A stretch of 64,000 nt of DNA, taken from contig JAJFKE010000026.1 of assembly GCA_021773355.1 (NCBI GenBank), forward strand, positions 50,358 to 114,357. The letters run 5' to 3'. Below the pieces are notes generated by a model, which saw nothing but the letters and a program-made list of their open reading frames with translations, was not told where the DNA came from and made no database searches. Origin of the DNA: Gammaproteobacteria bacterium (GTDB lineage: Bacteria; Pseudomonadota; Gammaproteobacteria; Pseudomonadales; Pseudohongiellaceae). The translations under genes and the position numbers were made by a program. Below are positions 45,019 to 53,763 of the stretch, piece after piece (within the stretch, counting starts at the first letter, position 1; each line of letters begins with the position of its first letter).

Positions 45019-46101
45019 CTACTGCGACAAAGAAGATTTGAAAGAAGACGGCGTTTCGCCTCTTATCGCCTTGAATGCCAGATTGAACGAAGAAAGGGAT
45101 GCGTAACCTACTTCAAGAGCAACCGTGGAAATCTGTAGTTTCTCTTTCCTGTCTGCTAATAATTTGCAGGCTTCGTTAATCCGATAGCTATTTAGAAACT
45201 GATTGAAATTTTTATATCCCAAGCCTTGATTGATTAGAACTCTAAGCTTGTATTCCTGCATTGAAATAGTATCTGCTAATATTCGAATGGTTAATTCAGG
45301 ATCAGCGAACAGTTTGTCCTGCAGCATTCTCTGATCCAATTCTTTCATCTGTTCCGGGTCTATGTTTAGCGCGCGAGACTGGTTGTTATATCCTGCCTTG
45401 GGCTCTGCTTTATCACGTACAACAATTAGTTGTGAATCAGGTGCTAGTCGGAAGGTCACCAGATTTACAATCAAAGCAAAGACGAATAGTGAAAATAAGC
45501 TAACTAGTATTGGCATTTGTAAAAACTGATTTGCATCGACGTTTTCCATAAAACCAGAAACTAGTAGAGATAAGATAATAGCGGCGATAATTATCGCAAA
45601 GCCAATGGCAAATGGCACTCGTAGCTTACGTCGCTCCTCTACCAGGTCACTGGACCTTCCCCTCATTGCCATTACAATTACGTGTACGGTCAAAGCTAGC
45701 ATCACCAGTTCGCTTATCCGATCCAGCATGTCATTCAAATACACATCTTTGATAATGACCCATGGAGCACCAATAACAGTAGCCGCTCTTAGTATTTGAT
45801 ATCCGATAAGTATGCTCCAGACTGAAGGTGAGATTTTCTTATCATCAACAAAAAGGAAATGTGCAATTAGCCATAGTACTGCAGGCAATGCGCTTGCTAG
45901 TCGGCCCAGTAAAAAATCCAAATTTGAAGAATCTGAGTCTGGTATAGAAATTACATATAGAGCGTAAGAAATAAGGCAAACGCTCAGTAGTGACAACAAA
46001 AGCCCAAGTTTCTCTTCTCTAAAATACCAAAGATAGAACAAACCCATCAATAGGAGTTGCGATATCGCGAGAAAACCGAATGAAACAATGAGAAACGGCA
46101 T
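45019..46101 (-). CDS. membrane-anchored AraC/XylS-family transcriptional regulator
   Basis: ~220 aa with about six hydrophobic helices, then a C-terminal double HTH (ISTVALEVGYASLSSFNLAFKAIRGETPSSFK). The gene is visibly AT-rich. Confidence 0.7.
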   Translation of the reverse strand: MPFLIVSFGFLAISQLLLMGLFYLWYFREEKLGLLLSLLSVCLISYALYVISIPDSDSSNLDFLLGRLASALPAVLWLIAHFLFVDDKKISPSVWSILIGYQILRAATVIGAPWVIIKDVYLNDMLDRISELVMLALTVHVIVMAMRGRSSDLVEERRKLRVPFAIGFAIIIAAIILSLLVSGFMENVDANQFLQMPILVSLFSLFVFALIVNLVTFRLAPDSQLIVVRDKAEPKAGYNNQSRALNIDPEQMKELDQRMLQDKLFADPELTIRILADTISMQEYKLRVLINQGLGYKNFNQFLNSYRINEACKLLADRKEKLQISTVALEVGYASLSSFNLAFKAIRGETPSSFKSSLSQ

Positions 46102-47111
46102 CAGTCGAAATACTCTTCTCTTGGGGGGTGAGCTTTATTATTGATACGAGGTTATATCATTGATATCGCAAAACTGGCAAGGCGGTAGGCAAGGACAAAG
46201 AAAGGTGGATGGTCTGCCCCGTATTAATTGCTTGAAGAAGGCCCTGGATCTGCGAGCCGTGTTCACGCTATGGGTTATGCCCCGTCTTCGTAAACACTTC
46301 TCTACTCTGACTTGCCACATTTTATATACAGGTGTTCAATTTACCGATCATGAGGTGATTAGGAATATGTCACCACCCCAAAAATTCGCGGGTAGCTAAA
46401 GTTCCACCACCGAGAAATGACATAGATTCGTGCGACTAATGTTGGTGAATTAAGAGCCATGATTCTTGGTGCTTTTAGATTCTACAAAATGTCTAGATGA
46501 GGCGTTACTATCTTGTCTCATTTCGTTTCGAATTCAGTAGTATGAATAAATGGTGCTGGCGATTCAATTTGACGTTTGCGCAGCAGACTGGATATTGGAC
46601 AAATATTTCATTTCTCCTGAGATATTAAGTGGAGCCAATACAGTAGACACAGCTTATGGAGTTTCCAATATAAATCCACTCTTCTCTTAAATTAGCTCAT
46701 ATTTCTGAATGAGTTTTCTATATTTAGTAAATATCTATCTGAATTCTTTCTTGTACAGAGTGATACATTAATATTGTTCGCTAAAATTTCCGAATTGGAA
46801 CGATACCGCTGATGAATTTCGAAATAACTTAACGGTGAGCGTTTCGTTAAAACATTGTAACGCAACGAGGATTAAAATGAGTTGGCCGAGGCTCATATTG
46901 AAAGACTTCTTACTGCGCTTTTTTGGACTCTAATACTTGTTCTAACTATTTGTAATTTATAAATAATATTTCTTTTAAGTGACTAGATTATTTTTCGTTC
47001 GAAATGCTTGAATAATAATTTGCTGACAGACATTTTAATTCTGTGATATATCTTCCTACACCCTACTCTAAGTAAGTAGTGGCATGAAGAAGTGGCTAAT
47101 AATAACGAACC

Positions 47112-47130
47112 TGTGAATCAAGAATTCACA
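47112..47130. promoter_or_regulatory. 7-5-7 inverted repeat TGTGAAT-caaga-ATTCACA upstream of the TonB-dependent receptor gene
   Basis: Perfect 7-bp arms, ending 58 nt upstream of the TTG start at 47188. Confidence 0.3.
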
Positions 47131-47187
47131 TTCCTAAAATAATACAATCAACTAAAAGATTGTTACAAAGCCCCCGGAGAAAATACT

Positions 47188-50100
47188 TTGAAATCCCACA
47201 GAGAAAATAAGAAATTTACCCGTACCGTGCTCTATACCAGCATAGCGCTGAGCATGATGAGCACACCGTTCACCGTCTTGGCGCAACAAGATCAAGTAGA
47301 CGTAGAGGAAGTGCTTGTCACTGGATCCTTTATTCGGCGTAGCGAAGGCATTATCGCTGCCTCTCCTATCACCCAGCTCTCAGCTGAGGATATAACCAAT
47401 CAGGGCACGCTTAATATGGCCCAGATTGTACAGAATATGACGTTCAACAACGGCTCAGGTGTTACTAACTCAATTCAAGCAAGTGGTGCCTCCAGCAATT
47501 CCGCTGCCTTTAATCTTCGTGGGCTTGGTACTCGGGCCACACTGCAATTGATAGATGGCAAGCGAACCACCAATCCCAATGTTCAATGGCTGCTGCCGAG
47601 TATTGCGATTCAGAGAATGGATATCGTAACTGACGGTGCTGCGGCTCTGTACGGCACCGATGCCGTAGCCGGGGTTGTAAACATACTTCCCTACAAGTCC
47701 TATGAGGGCTTAAAAATTGAACATTTTAACGAGGAGGATTCCCGCGGGGATTTTAGAGATCAGACTACCTCGTTTCTCTGGGGTAAAGCATTGGGCAACG
47801 ACGTTGATCTAGTAGTTGCAGGTTCTTTTAGACATAACGGTACCTTGGAGTGGACTGATCGCCGCAAGTTAGCCTTGGCCGGTTTGACCGACAACAGTGG
47901 CGCCAATCCAACCAACTGGAATGTACCGCAGCGGGACGATAACGGTGCATTGCTTGGCACTACCGTCAGGACTCCCGACCCTATCTGTGGTACAGACCCA
48001 ATTACGAATCCCTTGGTACAGGGCGGCAATAAATTTGGCACGCTTGCCTTGGGACGTTGCTGGTTTCCCTTCGCTGACACCAGAGATTTCGTAGAGGAAA
48101 AGACCCAAGAATCCTTATATTCCAATATCACTTGGGAGGTGAACGAAGATCTCACCCTAAGTGGACAGGCACTTTGGGGTAGATGGCAAGGTCACGGACG
48201 CCAGAATCAGGGAAATCCGGGTACCCGTTTTGGAGACTTGTCGACTGTGCGCGGCGAAATACCTGGCAACCCTTTTCGTGCCGTCGCCGGCGACGGTCGT
48301 GAATTGTTTGCGCAGCCACGGCTCGATGGAAATGGCATGATACTCGCTGATCCTTTTGGTAATCAGCAACCTTTGCGTGATGCCAATGGTGCGGTAGTAC
48401 TGGCAACGAATCAATTTGCTAGTCTGGCTACTGATCCCAATGGCGGTGTGCCATTCAACGAAGACGTGCCTTTTAGTAGCAGCTATCTACCCTTTGGCCT
48501 AGCAAATACGCTGCCACAGGCATTTGGCAGCGACGACATCAGTCGTAAAGAGAATGACCAACGTGACTTCCGTGTAGCATTTACCGCCGACTTCACCGTG
48601 CCTTTTCTCGACGGCTGGGAAGGAACCTCAACTTATATGTATGGCCTACATAATGTTGTCAGCGCACAAACACAGCATTTTAGTTTCAGTGCTGTTGAGC
48701 AGGGTCTGAATTGCGATGTAGTCAATGACGCAGCTGCCTGTTTTAACCCATTCGGAGCTGCTGATGATTCCCCCTTTCGCAATTCACAGGCGATAGCAGA
48801 CGCAATCTATACGCGAGATCGTGTGGACAACGAAGACGTATTACAGACCTTTGATCTGGTCCTCAATGGCACGATCTCTCCGGGTGGTTTTGAGTTACCC
48901 GGTGGGCCAATCGGTGCTGCTTTCGGCTATCAACGCCGTGATGAAACAGATGAAAACGTGCCAACCCTGCACCAGCAGCGAGATGATCGCCTAAACAGTA
49001 TTGGCGCGCAGCCCACAAAGTTTAGCCGAGACAGTGATTCATACTTTGCCGAGTTCTCGTTTCCGCTACTTTCCAACCTTGAATTCAGCGCATCCATACG
49101 TGATGAACAATTCAGTAGCGGTCAGGGCGATGTTGTCCAGAAATTCGGAATCACCTACACCCCCGCAGACTGGATTACCTTGCGTGCTACCGACGGAGAG
49201 GCCTTTATTGTGCCAACCCTAAACCAGCTCAACGCACCGGACTCCTGTGGATTAAGCAACGTGGATGATTTGTTTACTTCATTCTCGGGCTTCATCACCT
49301 CCTGTAGGACTGGTAACCCGGGTTTGGCATCGGAGACCTCGGATAGCCTTTCATTTGGTGTGGATTTAACACCACTTGACGGATTGGATATCCATTTGAC
49401 CTATAGTGAAACCGATTTCGTAGACCGTATCGTAGATACTACGACTCAGGATATCGTGAGAGCGGATTTTGCGAATTTTCAGCTAGCCACGGGCTTTGTA
49501 GCTACTGATGCGGTTCCATTTCCATCGATTGCTCAGCTAACTGCATGGGTCGCTGATCCAAGATCGGACCCGCGTATTCAACGTGATCCCTTGGATATTG
49601 AAACCACTACGCGAATTAATCGAAGTGAAACCAATGCATCGACAATGGAGGTAAAGGCCTGGGATCTACAGGCGAATTACAGCTTTACCCTGGATAACAT
49701 AGGCTTGGGTAATTGGGGTAATTTCCGCGCAAGTGTTAATGCCACCTTTACGGATAGCTATAAGTGGCAGGAATCAATACTGACTCCAGTTCGGGAAGCA
49801 AAGGGCAATCAGAATAACTCCTTCGGCGCAGTACCAGTCATTCCAGAGTGGCGGGCCAATGCGAGTTTGCGTTGGTCTCTCGGGAATCACTCAGTCAACA
49901 CCACGGTGCGTTACATTGATGAGGTAAATTTTGATGCTAACGAGTTCAGCTTTCAGCGATTTCTGCGCCCTGAAAACCTGTGGAGACACACTGACGTTAT
50001 CCGTGCCTGGACGCAGACTGATATGTTCTACACTTACCGAGATCTGAGTCTATTCGATGGCAGTGCAACCCTCAGTCTTGGTGCCCGTAATCTGTTTGAC

Positions 50101-50199
50101 CGCGAAGCCCAGAAAACTGGAATGATCGCCGGTGTTGTCTCGCAGATACAAAGCCCACTTGGCCGCATGATCTATGCGCGTGTCAACTATGAGTTCTAA
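47188..50199 (+). CDS. TonB-dependent outer-membrane receptor (1003 aa)
   Basis: TTG start with GGAGA SD 7 nt upstream. Signal peptide ending VLAQQ. Plug-domain text (EEVLVTGSFIRR, RMDIVTDGAAALYGTDAVAGVVNI). C-terminal barrel ending YARVNYEF. Confidence 0.85.
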   Translation: MKSHRENKKFTRTVLYTSIALSMMSTPFTVLAQQDQVDVEEVLVTGSFIRRSEGIIAASPITQLSAEDITNQGTLNMAQIVQNMTFNNGSGVTNSIQASGASSNSAAFNLRGLGTRATLQLIDGKRTTNPNVQWLLPSIAIQRMDIVTDGAAALYGTDAVAGVVNILPYKSYEGLKIEHFNEEDSRGDFRDQTTSFLWGKALGNDVDLVVAGSFRHNGTLEWTDRRKLALAGLTDNSGANPTNWNVPQRDDNGALLGTTVRTPDPICGTDPITNPLVQGGNKFGTLALGRCWFPFADTRDFVEEKTQESLYSNITWEVNEDLTLSGQALWGRWQGHGRQNQGNPGTRFGDLSTVRGEIPGNPFRAVAGDGRELFAQPRLDGNGMILADPFGNQQPLRDANGAVVLATNQFASLATDPNGGVPFNEDVPFSSSYLPFGLANTLPQAFGSDDISRKENDQRDFRVAFTADFTVPFLDGWEGTSTYMYGLHNVVSAQTQHFSFSAVEQGLNCDVVNDAAACFNPFGAADDSPFRNSQAIADAIYTRDRVDNEDVLQTFDLVLNGTISPGGFELPGGPIGAAFGYQRRDETDENVPTLHQQRDDRLNSIGAQPTKFSRDSDSYFAEFSFPLLSNLEFSASIRDEQFSSGQGDVVQKFGITYTPADWITLRATDGEAFIVPTLNQLNAPDSCGLSNVDDLFTSFSGFITSCRTGNPGLASETSDSLSFGVDLTPLDGLDIHLTYSETDFVDRIVDTTTQDIVRADFANFQLATGFVATDAVPFPSIAQLTAWVADPRSDPRIQRDPLDIETTTRINRSETNASTMEVKAWDLQANYSFTLDNIGLGNWGNFRASVNATFTDSYKWQESILTPVREAKGNQNNSFGAVPVIPEWRANASLRWSLGNHSVNTTVRYIDEVNFDANEFSFQRFLRPENLWRHTDVIRAWTQTDMFYTYRDLSLFDGSATLSLGARNLFDREAQKTGMIAGVVSQIQSPLGRMIYARVNYEF

Positions 50200-50259
50200 G
50201 CTTAGGGCCATAGCAGTGGTGAGTCGGAAGAGCCGCCAGTTTGTGCTTTAAGCACTCAC

Positions 50260-50303
50260 CCAATAAAAAAGCCCAGCGTGCGAACGCTGGGCTTTTTTAT
50301 TGG
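50260..50303. terminator. bidirectional rho-independent terminator
   Basis: Perfect 19-bp stem ccaataaaaaagcccagcg / cgctgggcttttttattgg with loop tgcgaa. The GC core is flanked by A6 and T6. It lies between convergent genes. Confidence 0.7.
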
Positions 50304-50416
50304 CTTACAAGACTATAAGAAAAGAAGAAGCATGCCAGCAAGCATAGTTGCTGAAGAAACTATCGCTTACGAGCACTGTGTAGGGCGCCGGGTCAGGGCC
50401 GGGCGAGTATATATCT

Positions 50417-52123
50417 TCACGGGCTTGCTAAAACCTCAAAACTCATTGCACCACGTCTAGTCTGGCCGAACTCATCCTCACTAATTACTTCGACTCGATT
50501 AAGGCCGGCAGGCAAGCTGTCAGGCAAGGGAAGCTCCCAAATATGTGACGAACGAGTTGGACGGTCCATCGTGCCATCGGTATCTTGTAGAGCGAGATAA
50601 GTGCTTTCAACGAAGGGGTCTGTTCGCACTTTATAAGTCATAGCTATCGGTTCAGCATTATTCAGAGACAGGTAAACCTGATCCCTTGCTCCGCCATCGA
50701 ACAAATTGACGACCACTTTGCTGCCCGCTTGTAGCTCGCCACGGTTTATGCTGTTGTCCCCTGTTTTACGCAATGGTGGATCCAACACAATCCTCATTCG
50801 ATTCATAGCGTCGGCGCCGTAGGGAAAGGGAATAAATTCGGGAGTCACGGAACTGTTGTCGAATTGAAACAGATAGAAACCATTCGGATTTCCATCTTGC
50901 ATCATGGCATCGCGAACTCCGCGCGGGTCCGCTATTCCGGTTAGCCAGCCGTTGCCTCTAACTTCTGCAAGCGTATGTGCAATCCAGGGTTGTCCGCTCC
51001 AACCGTGGCTGTGGTTCACCTCTACCTTCCAGCTATTGCTGGTGTCATGCCCGGCGATCGCATAGATATTCTCGAAGGGAGTTAAAATTTCCAGCAGCTG
51101 AGAAAAATTTTCCGTAAATGGTCCTGTCGCTTTTTCCGAACCGCTTTGGTCTTCGGCTTCGGTTATAAAAGGAATATGAGAGGCAAGTACGATCAGCTTT
51201 TGCGTATCGACATTGGCGAGATCTCTTTCTAGCCAAAGCAGTTGATCGGCAGGAATATAACCGCGATAAGGTTCTCCCTCGAAGTTTTTACCGGCGCCGG
51301 CATACTCCACATTGTTCAGAGATACAAAATGTACATTGCCCTGGTTGAAGGAGTAATAAGTAGGTCCAAAATGACGCTTGTAGGTTTCATTGGCAAAGGT
51401 GGCATTAGGGGATTCGAAGTTGATATCGTGATTGCCCGGCAGATACCATTGTGGCATATCCATCAGAGACATCATTTCCTTGTGGCGGTCGTACAAACTC
51501 AGAGTATCGTATACAACGTCTCCCACCGTGATGCCGAAGCTGGCACCGTAGGGATTAGCTATTAAGGTATTTACCAAATCTTCACGCACCATGTCCTGGC
51601 CTAGTTCGAATTTCGCTTGAGGATCGGCGAAGCCATGAGCCGTGAAGCGGGCAGATTGGTTGTCAATTCTGTTTAGGGGAAAATCGATTGATGCTGGTAG
51701 CGGGCCGCTCGCTTCCGTGACCGGCCAACGCCACTGCAGAGATGTGCCAGCTATGATCTCCGGTGTGCCCTGCGGGTAGTGGCTATAGAAGAAGCGGGGA
51801 ATATTGAATTCATCCAGCGCGACGGTATAGCCGGCAGGCTGCGATATGAATAAGATCTCTGTTGGCGCAAGAGAAATCTGATAGCGTCCCTGGGCATCAC
51901 TGCGAACCACTTCGCAGCCATTGCTGACACTTACAGCAGCTATACCTGCTTCACCTGCATCCCTAAGCTTGTTCTGGTTTTGATCCAGAAAAACATAGCC
52001 AGTTGCGGTCTCGTCTTGAACATTTTCGACATCACATCGAGCCAGGGCTTGGCTGCTAACGCCGAAAAGAGTTGCGATTAGCAATAGCTGTTGTGGGAAT
52101 TCGGTGATTGGGTAAATTTTCAT
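50417..52123 (-). CDS. exported calcineurin-like metallophosphoesterase with N-terminal Ig-like/SdrD-B-like domain
   Basis: Signal peptide. GNHD motif (YLPGNHDINF) and GHDTS motif. Long C-terminal extension, as in phosphoesterases with an added C-terminal domain. Confidence 0.75.
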   Translation of the reverse strand: MKIYPITEFPQQLLLIATLFGVSSQALARCDVENVQDETATGYVFLDQNQNKLRDAGEAGIAAVSVSNGCEVVRSDAQGRYQISLAPTEILFISQPAGYTVALDEFNIPRFFYSHYPQGTPEIIAGTSLQWRWPVTEASGPLPASIDFPLNRIDNQSARFTAHGFADPQAKFELGQDMVREDLVNTLIANPYGASFGITVGDVVYDTLSLYDRHKEMMSLMDMPQWYLPGNHDINFESPNATFANETYKRHFGPTYYSFNQGNVHFVSLNNVEYAGAGKNFEGEPYRGYIPADQLLWLERDLANVDTQKLIVLASHIPFITEAEDQSGSEKATGPFTENFSQLLEILTPFENIYAIAGHDTSNSWKVEVNHSHGWSGQPWIAHTLAEVRGNGWLTGIADPRGVRDAMMQDGNPNGFYLFQFDNSSVTPEFIPFPYGADAMNRMRIVLDPPLRKTGDNSINRGELQAGSKVVVNLFDGGARDQVYLSLNNAEPIAMTYKVRTDPFVESTYLALQDTDGTMDRPTRSSHIWELPLPDSLPAGLNRVEVISEDEFGQTRRGAMSFEVLASP

Positions 52124-52372
52124 GCTTCATATTCCTCTAGCCCAAATGTTTGGTCTGTCTCAAGGCTTGCTCTGTGTTTGAAAACTAGTGCGAATGTAAA
52201 CTGCTATTTCATCAGTCAATTCAATGCTGCTTCAATAGCATGACAGCAGAATGACAGCAGCGCCATATTTTAGCCCAGCAATTCATTTCATTTCGACCAG
52301 GGAGTCGTAGAATAGCTTATTGTGTTAATGTTCCTATTGGCTTGTAGCACACTGGTTAAGTAGGGATTGAGA

Positions 52373-53242
52373 ATGACAATTTTACCAAGGTTGTTTTTTT
52401 TGTTTTGTCTTGTGGGGTATCTGAATGTTGGGACTACCGCACAATCACAGCAGGAGCCGGAAATGAAAGCGAAGCTCGCTCTTCGACAATTCATACAGGC
52501 TTGGAACTTGGCTGATAACAGGCTGATTCAGTCCACGCTTAATTATCCGCATATTACCCACGCACCGCTTGCTTTAATCATTGCAAAGCAAGCCGAAGAA
52601 TTCCAAACAGATTTTGCAGCGCTGAAGAAACAGGGATGGGCTAGCAGTCGTTTCGACAAGATCATCACTAGGCAATCATCCCCCGAGAAAGTAAATTTCG
52701 AAGTTGAATACAGTCGCCTCAACGGGGCTGGTGAGGTTTATAGCAGGGGCTATGTTTTCTATGTGGTCACTCTGCAAGATGGGCACTGGGGCATGCAGTA
52801 CCGTGCCCCTGGTGTGCTAAATGCCGATGTCGAAAGTCCCGAACAGCGACTTGCCAGAGAGCAGGTGTTGGCGACCATAGATGAATTCTTCTTGGCGTTC
52901 AACGCTGCCGACACCACAGCTTTGCTAAAAACCAATCACGTTCCTCAGGTGATGTTGAACGCGGGACGTTTTATACATGCGGAATCAGAGCAGTCGCCAA
53001 TTGTGAGCATGAACTTTGACAGCATGCGCGAAAGAGAAAATTGGAACAATAGTAGCCTCGGAGACTTGCAGGTTCTTAATGTGGCACCCGATCAAGTTAT
53101 TGTAGAACTCAGTTTCGAGCGTTTTAATCCAGCGGGAGAAAAATATTTAACCGGCCCTGCAGTCTGGGTGCTTACCAAGCGAGAAGAAAGATGGGGTGTT
53201 GAATTTAGATCGTTGATGCCCTCGATTCGTCATTCCTTATAA
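52373..53242 (+). CDS. exported protein with two NTF2/SnoaL-like halves (hypothetical)
   Basis: AGGGA SD lies 6 nt before ATG 52373. Signal peptide present. Two internally similar ~130-aa halves (QFIQAWNLADNRLIQ... and EFFLAFNAADTTALL...). Confidence 0.4.
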   Translation: MTILPRLFFLFCLVGYLNVGTTAQSQQEPEMKAKLALRQFIQAWNLADNRLIQSTLNYPHITHAPLALIIAKQAEEFQTDFAALKKQGWASSRFDKIITRQSSPEKVNFEVEYSRLNGAGEVYSRGYVFYVVTLQDGHWGMQYRAPGVLNADVESPEQRLAREQVLATIDEFFLAFNAADTTALLKTNHVPQVMLNAGRFIHAESEQSPIVSMNFDSMRERENWNNSSLGDLQVLNVAPDQVIVELSFERFNPAGEKYLTGPAVWVLTKREERWGVEFRSLMPSIRHSL

Positions 53243-53286
53243 AATAGCTATAGTCTGGAGACAGCGCTTTCTGCCTCCATCAAGAA

Positions 53287-53709
53287 ATGGAGCTGCCTAT
53301 GAAACCCCGAATTAGCATGATTACCCTGGGGGTCGATGACATTGAAAAGTCCGTTAAGTTTTATCGTGACGGGCTTGGCTTTCCACAATTGGAATCTCCC
53401 CCCGAAGTCGCCTTCTTTATACTCAACGGCACCTGGCTGGGCTTGTATGGCCGTGCCGCACTGGCCGAGGATGCCCTGGTTCCTGCCAAAGGTGATGGAT
53501 TCAATAGCTTTGCCCTGGCGCACAATCTGGCGTCGGAGAAAGAAGTGGATGCGGCAATGGAAGAGGCCATCGCCGCAGGGGCCACCCTGGTAAAGCCCCC
53601 ACAAAAAGTATTTTGGGGTGGGTACTCAGGCTATTTTAAAGATCCCGATGGGCATCTATGGGAATTAGCTCATAACCCCTTCGAATGGATAGGGCCAAAA
53701 GATGATTAG
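53287..53709 (+). CDS. VOC-family (glyoxalase/bleomycin-resistance fold) protein
   Basis: ITLGVDDIEKSVKFYRDGLGF and FKDPDGHLWELAHNP are typical of small VOC proteins. Confidence 0.8.
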   Translation: MELPMKPRISMITLGVDDIEKSVKFYRDGLGFPQLESPPEVAFFILNGTWLGLYGRAALAEDALVPAKGDGFNSFALAHNLASEKEVDAAMEEAIAAGATLVKPPQKVFWGGYSGYFKDPDGHLWELAHNPFEWIGPKDD

Positions 53710-53763
53710 TGTCATTCGAGGCAGGTGGCGCAGCATGGCTAATCAGCTTGGAGCCGACGACGG

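Noticed and set aside
46138-46399. 60-aa (minus) and 79-aa (plus) ORFs at the left edge of the AT-rich spacer.
   Set aside because: They overlap each other, lack SD sequences and recognisable motifs, and have Arg/Cys-rich composition. I do not treat them as genes.
47112-47130. The TGTGA...TCACA inverted repeat as a CRP/cAMP site.
   Set aside because: The CRP consensus has 6 nt between TGTGA and TCACA, whereas here the spacing is 9 nt. I keep it only as an unassigned operator candidate.
46102-47187. Cobalamin or other riboswitch, or a Fur box, upstream of the TonB-dependent receptor.
   Set aside because: I found no B12-box-like sequence. AT-rich runs such as tgaataataatttgc match the Fur consensus only weakly. 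This cannot be decided without a covariance-model or PWM scan.
53248-53604. 118-aa minus-strand ORF overlapping the VOC gene, and other short ORFs at 53336-53593.
   Set aside because: The plus-strand VOC frame has clear family motifs. The others are overlapping shadow frames.
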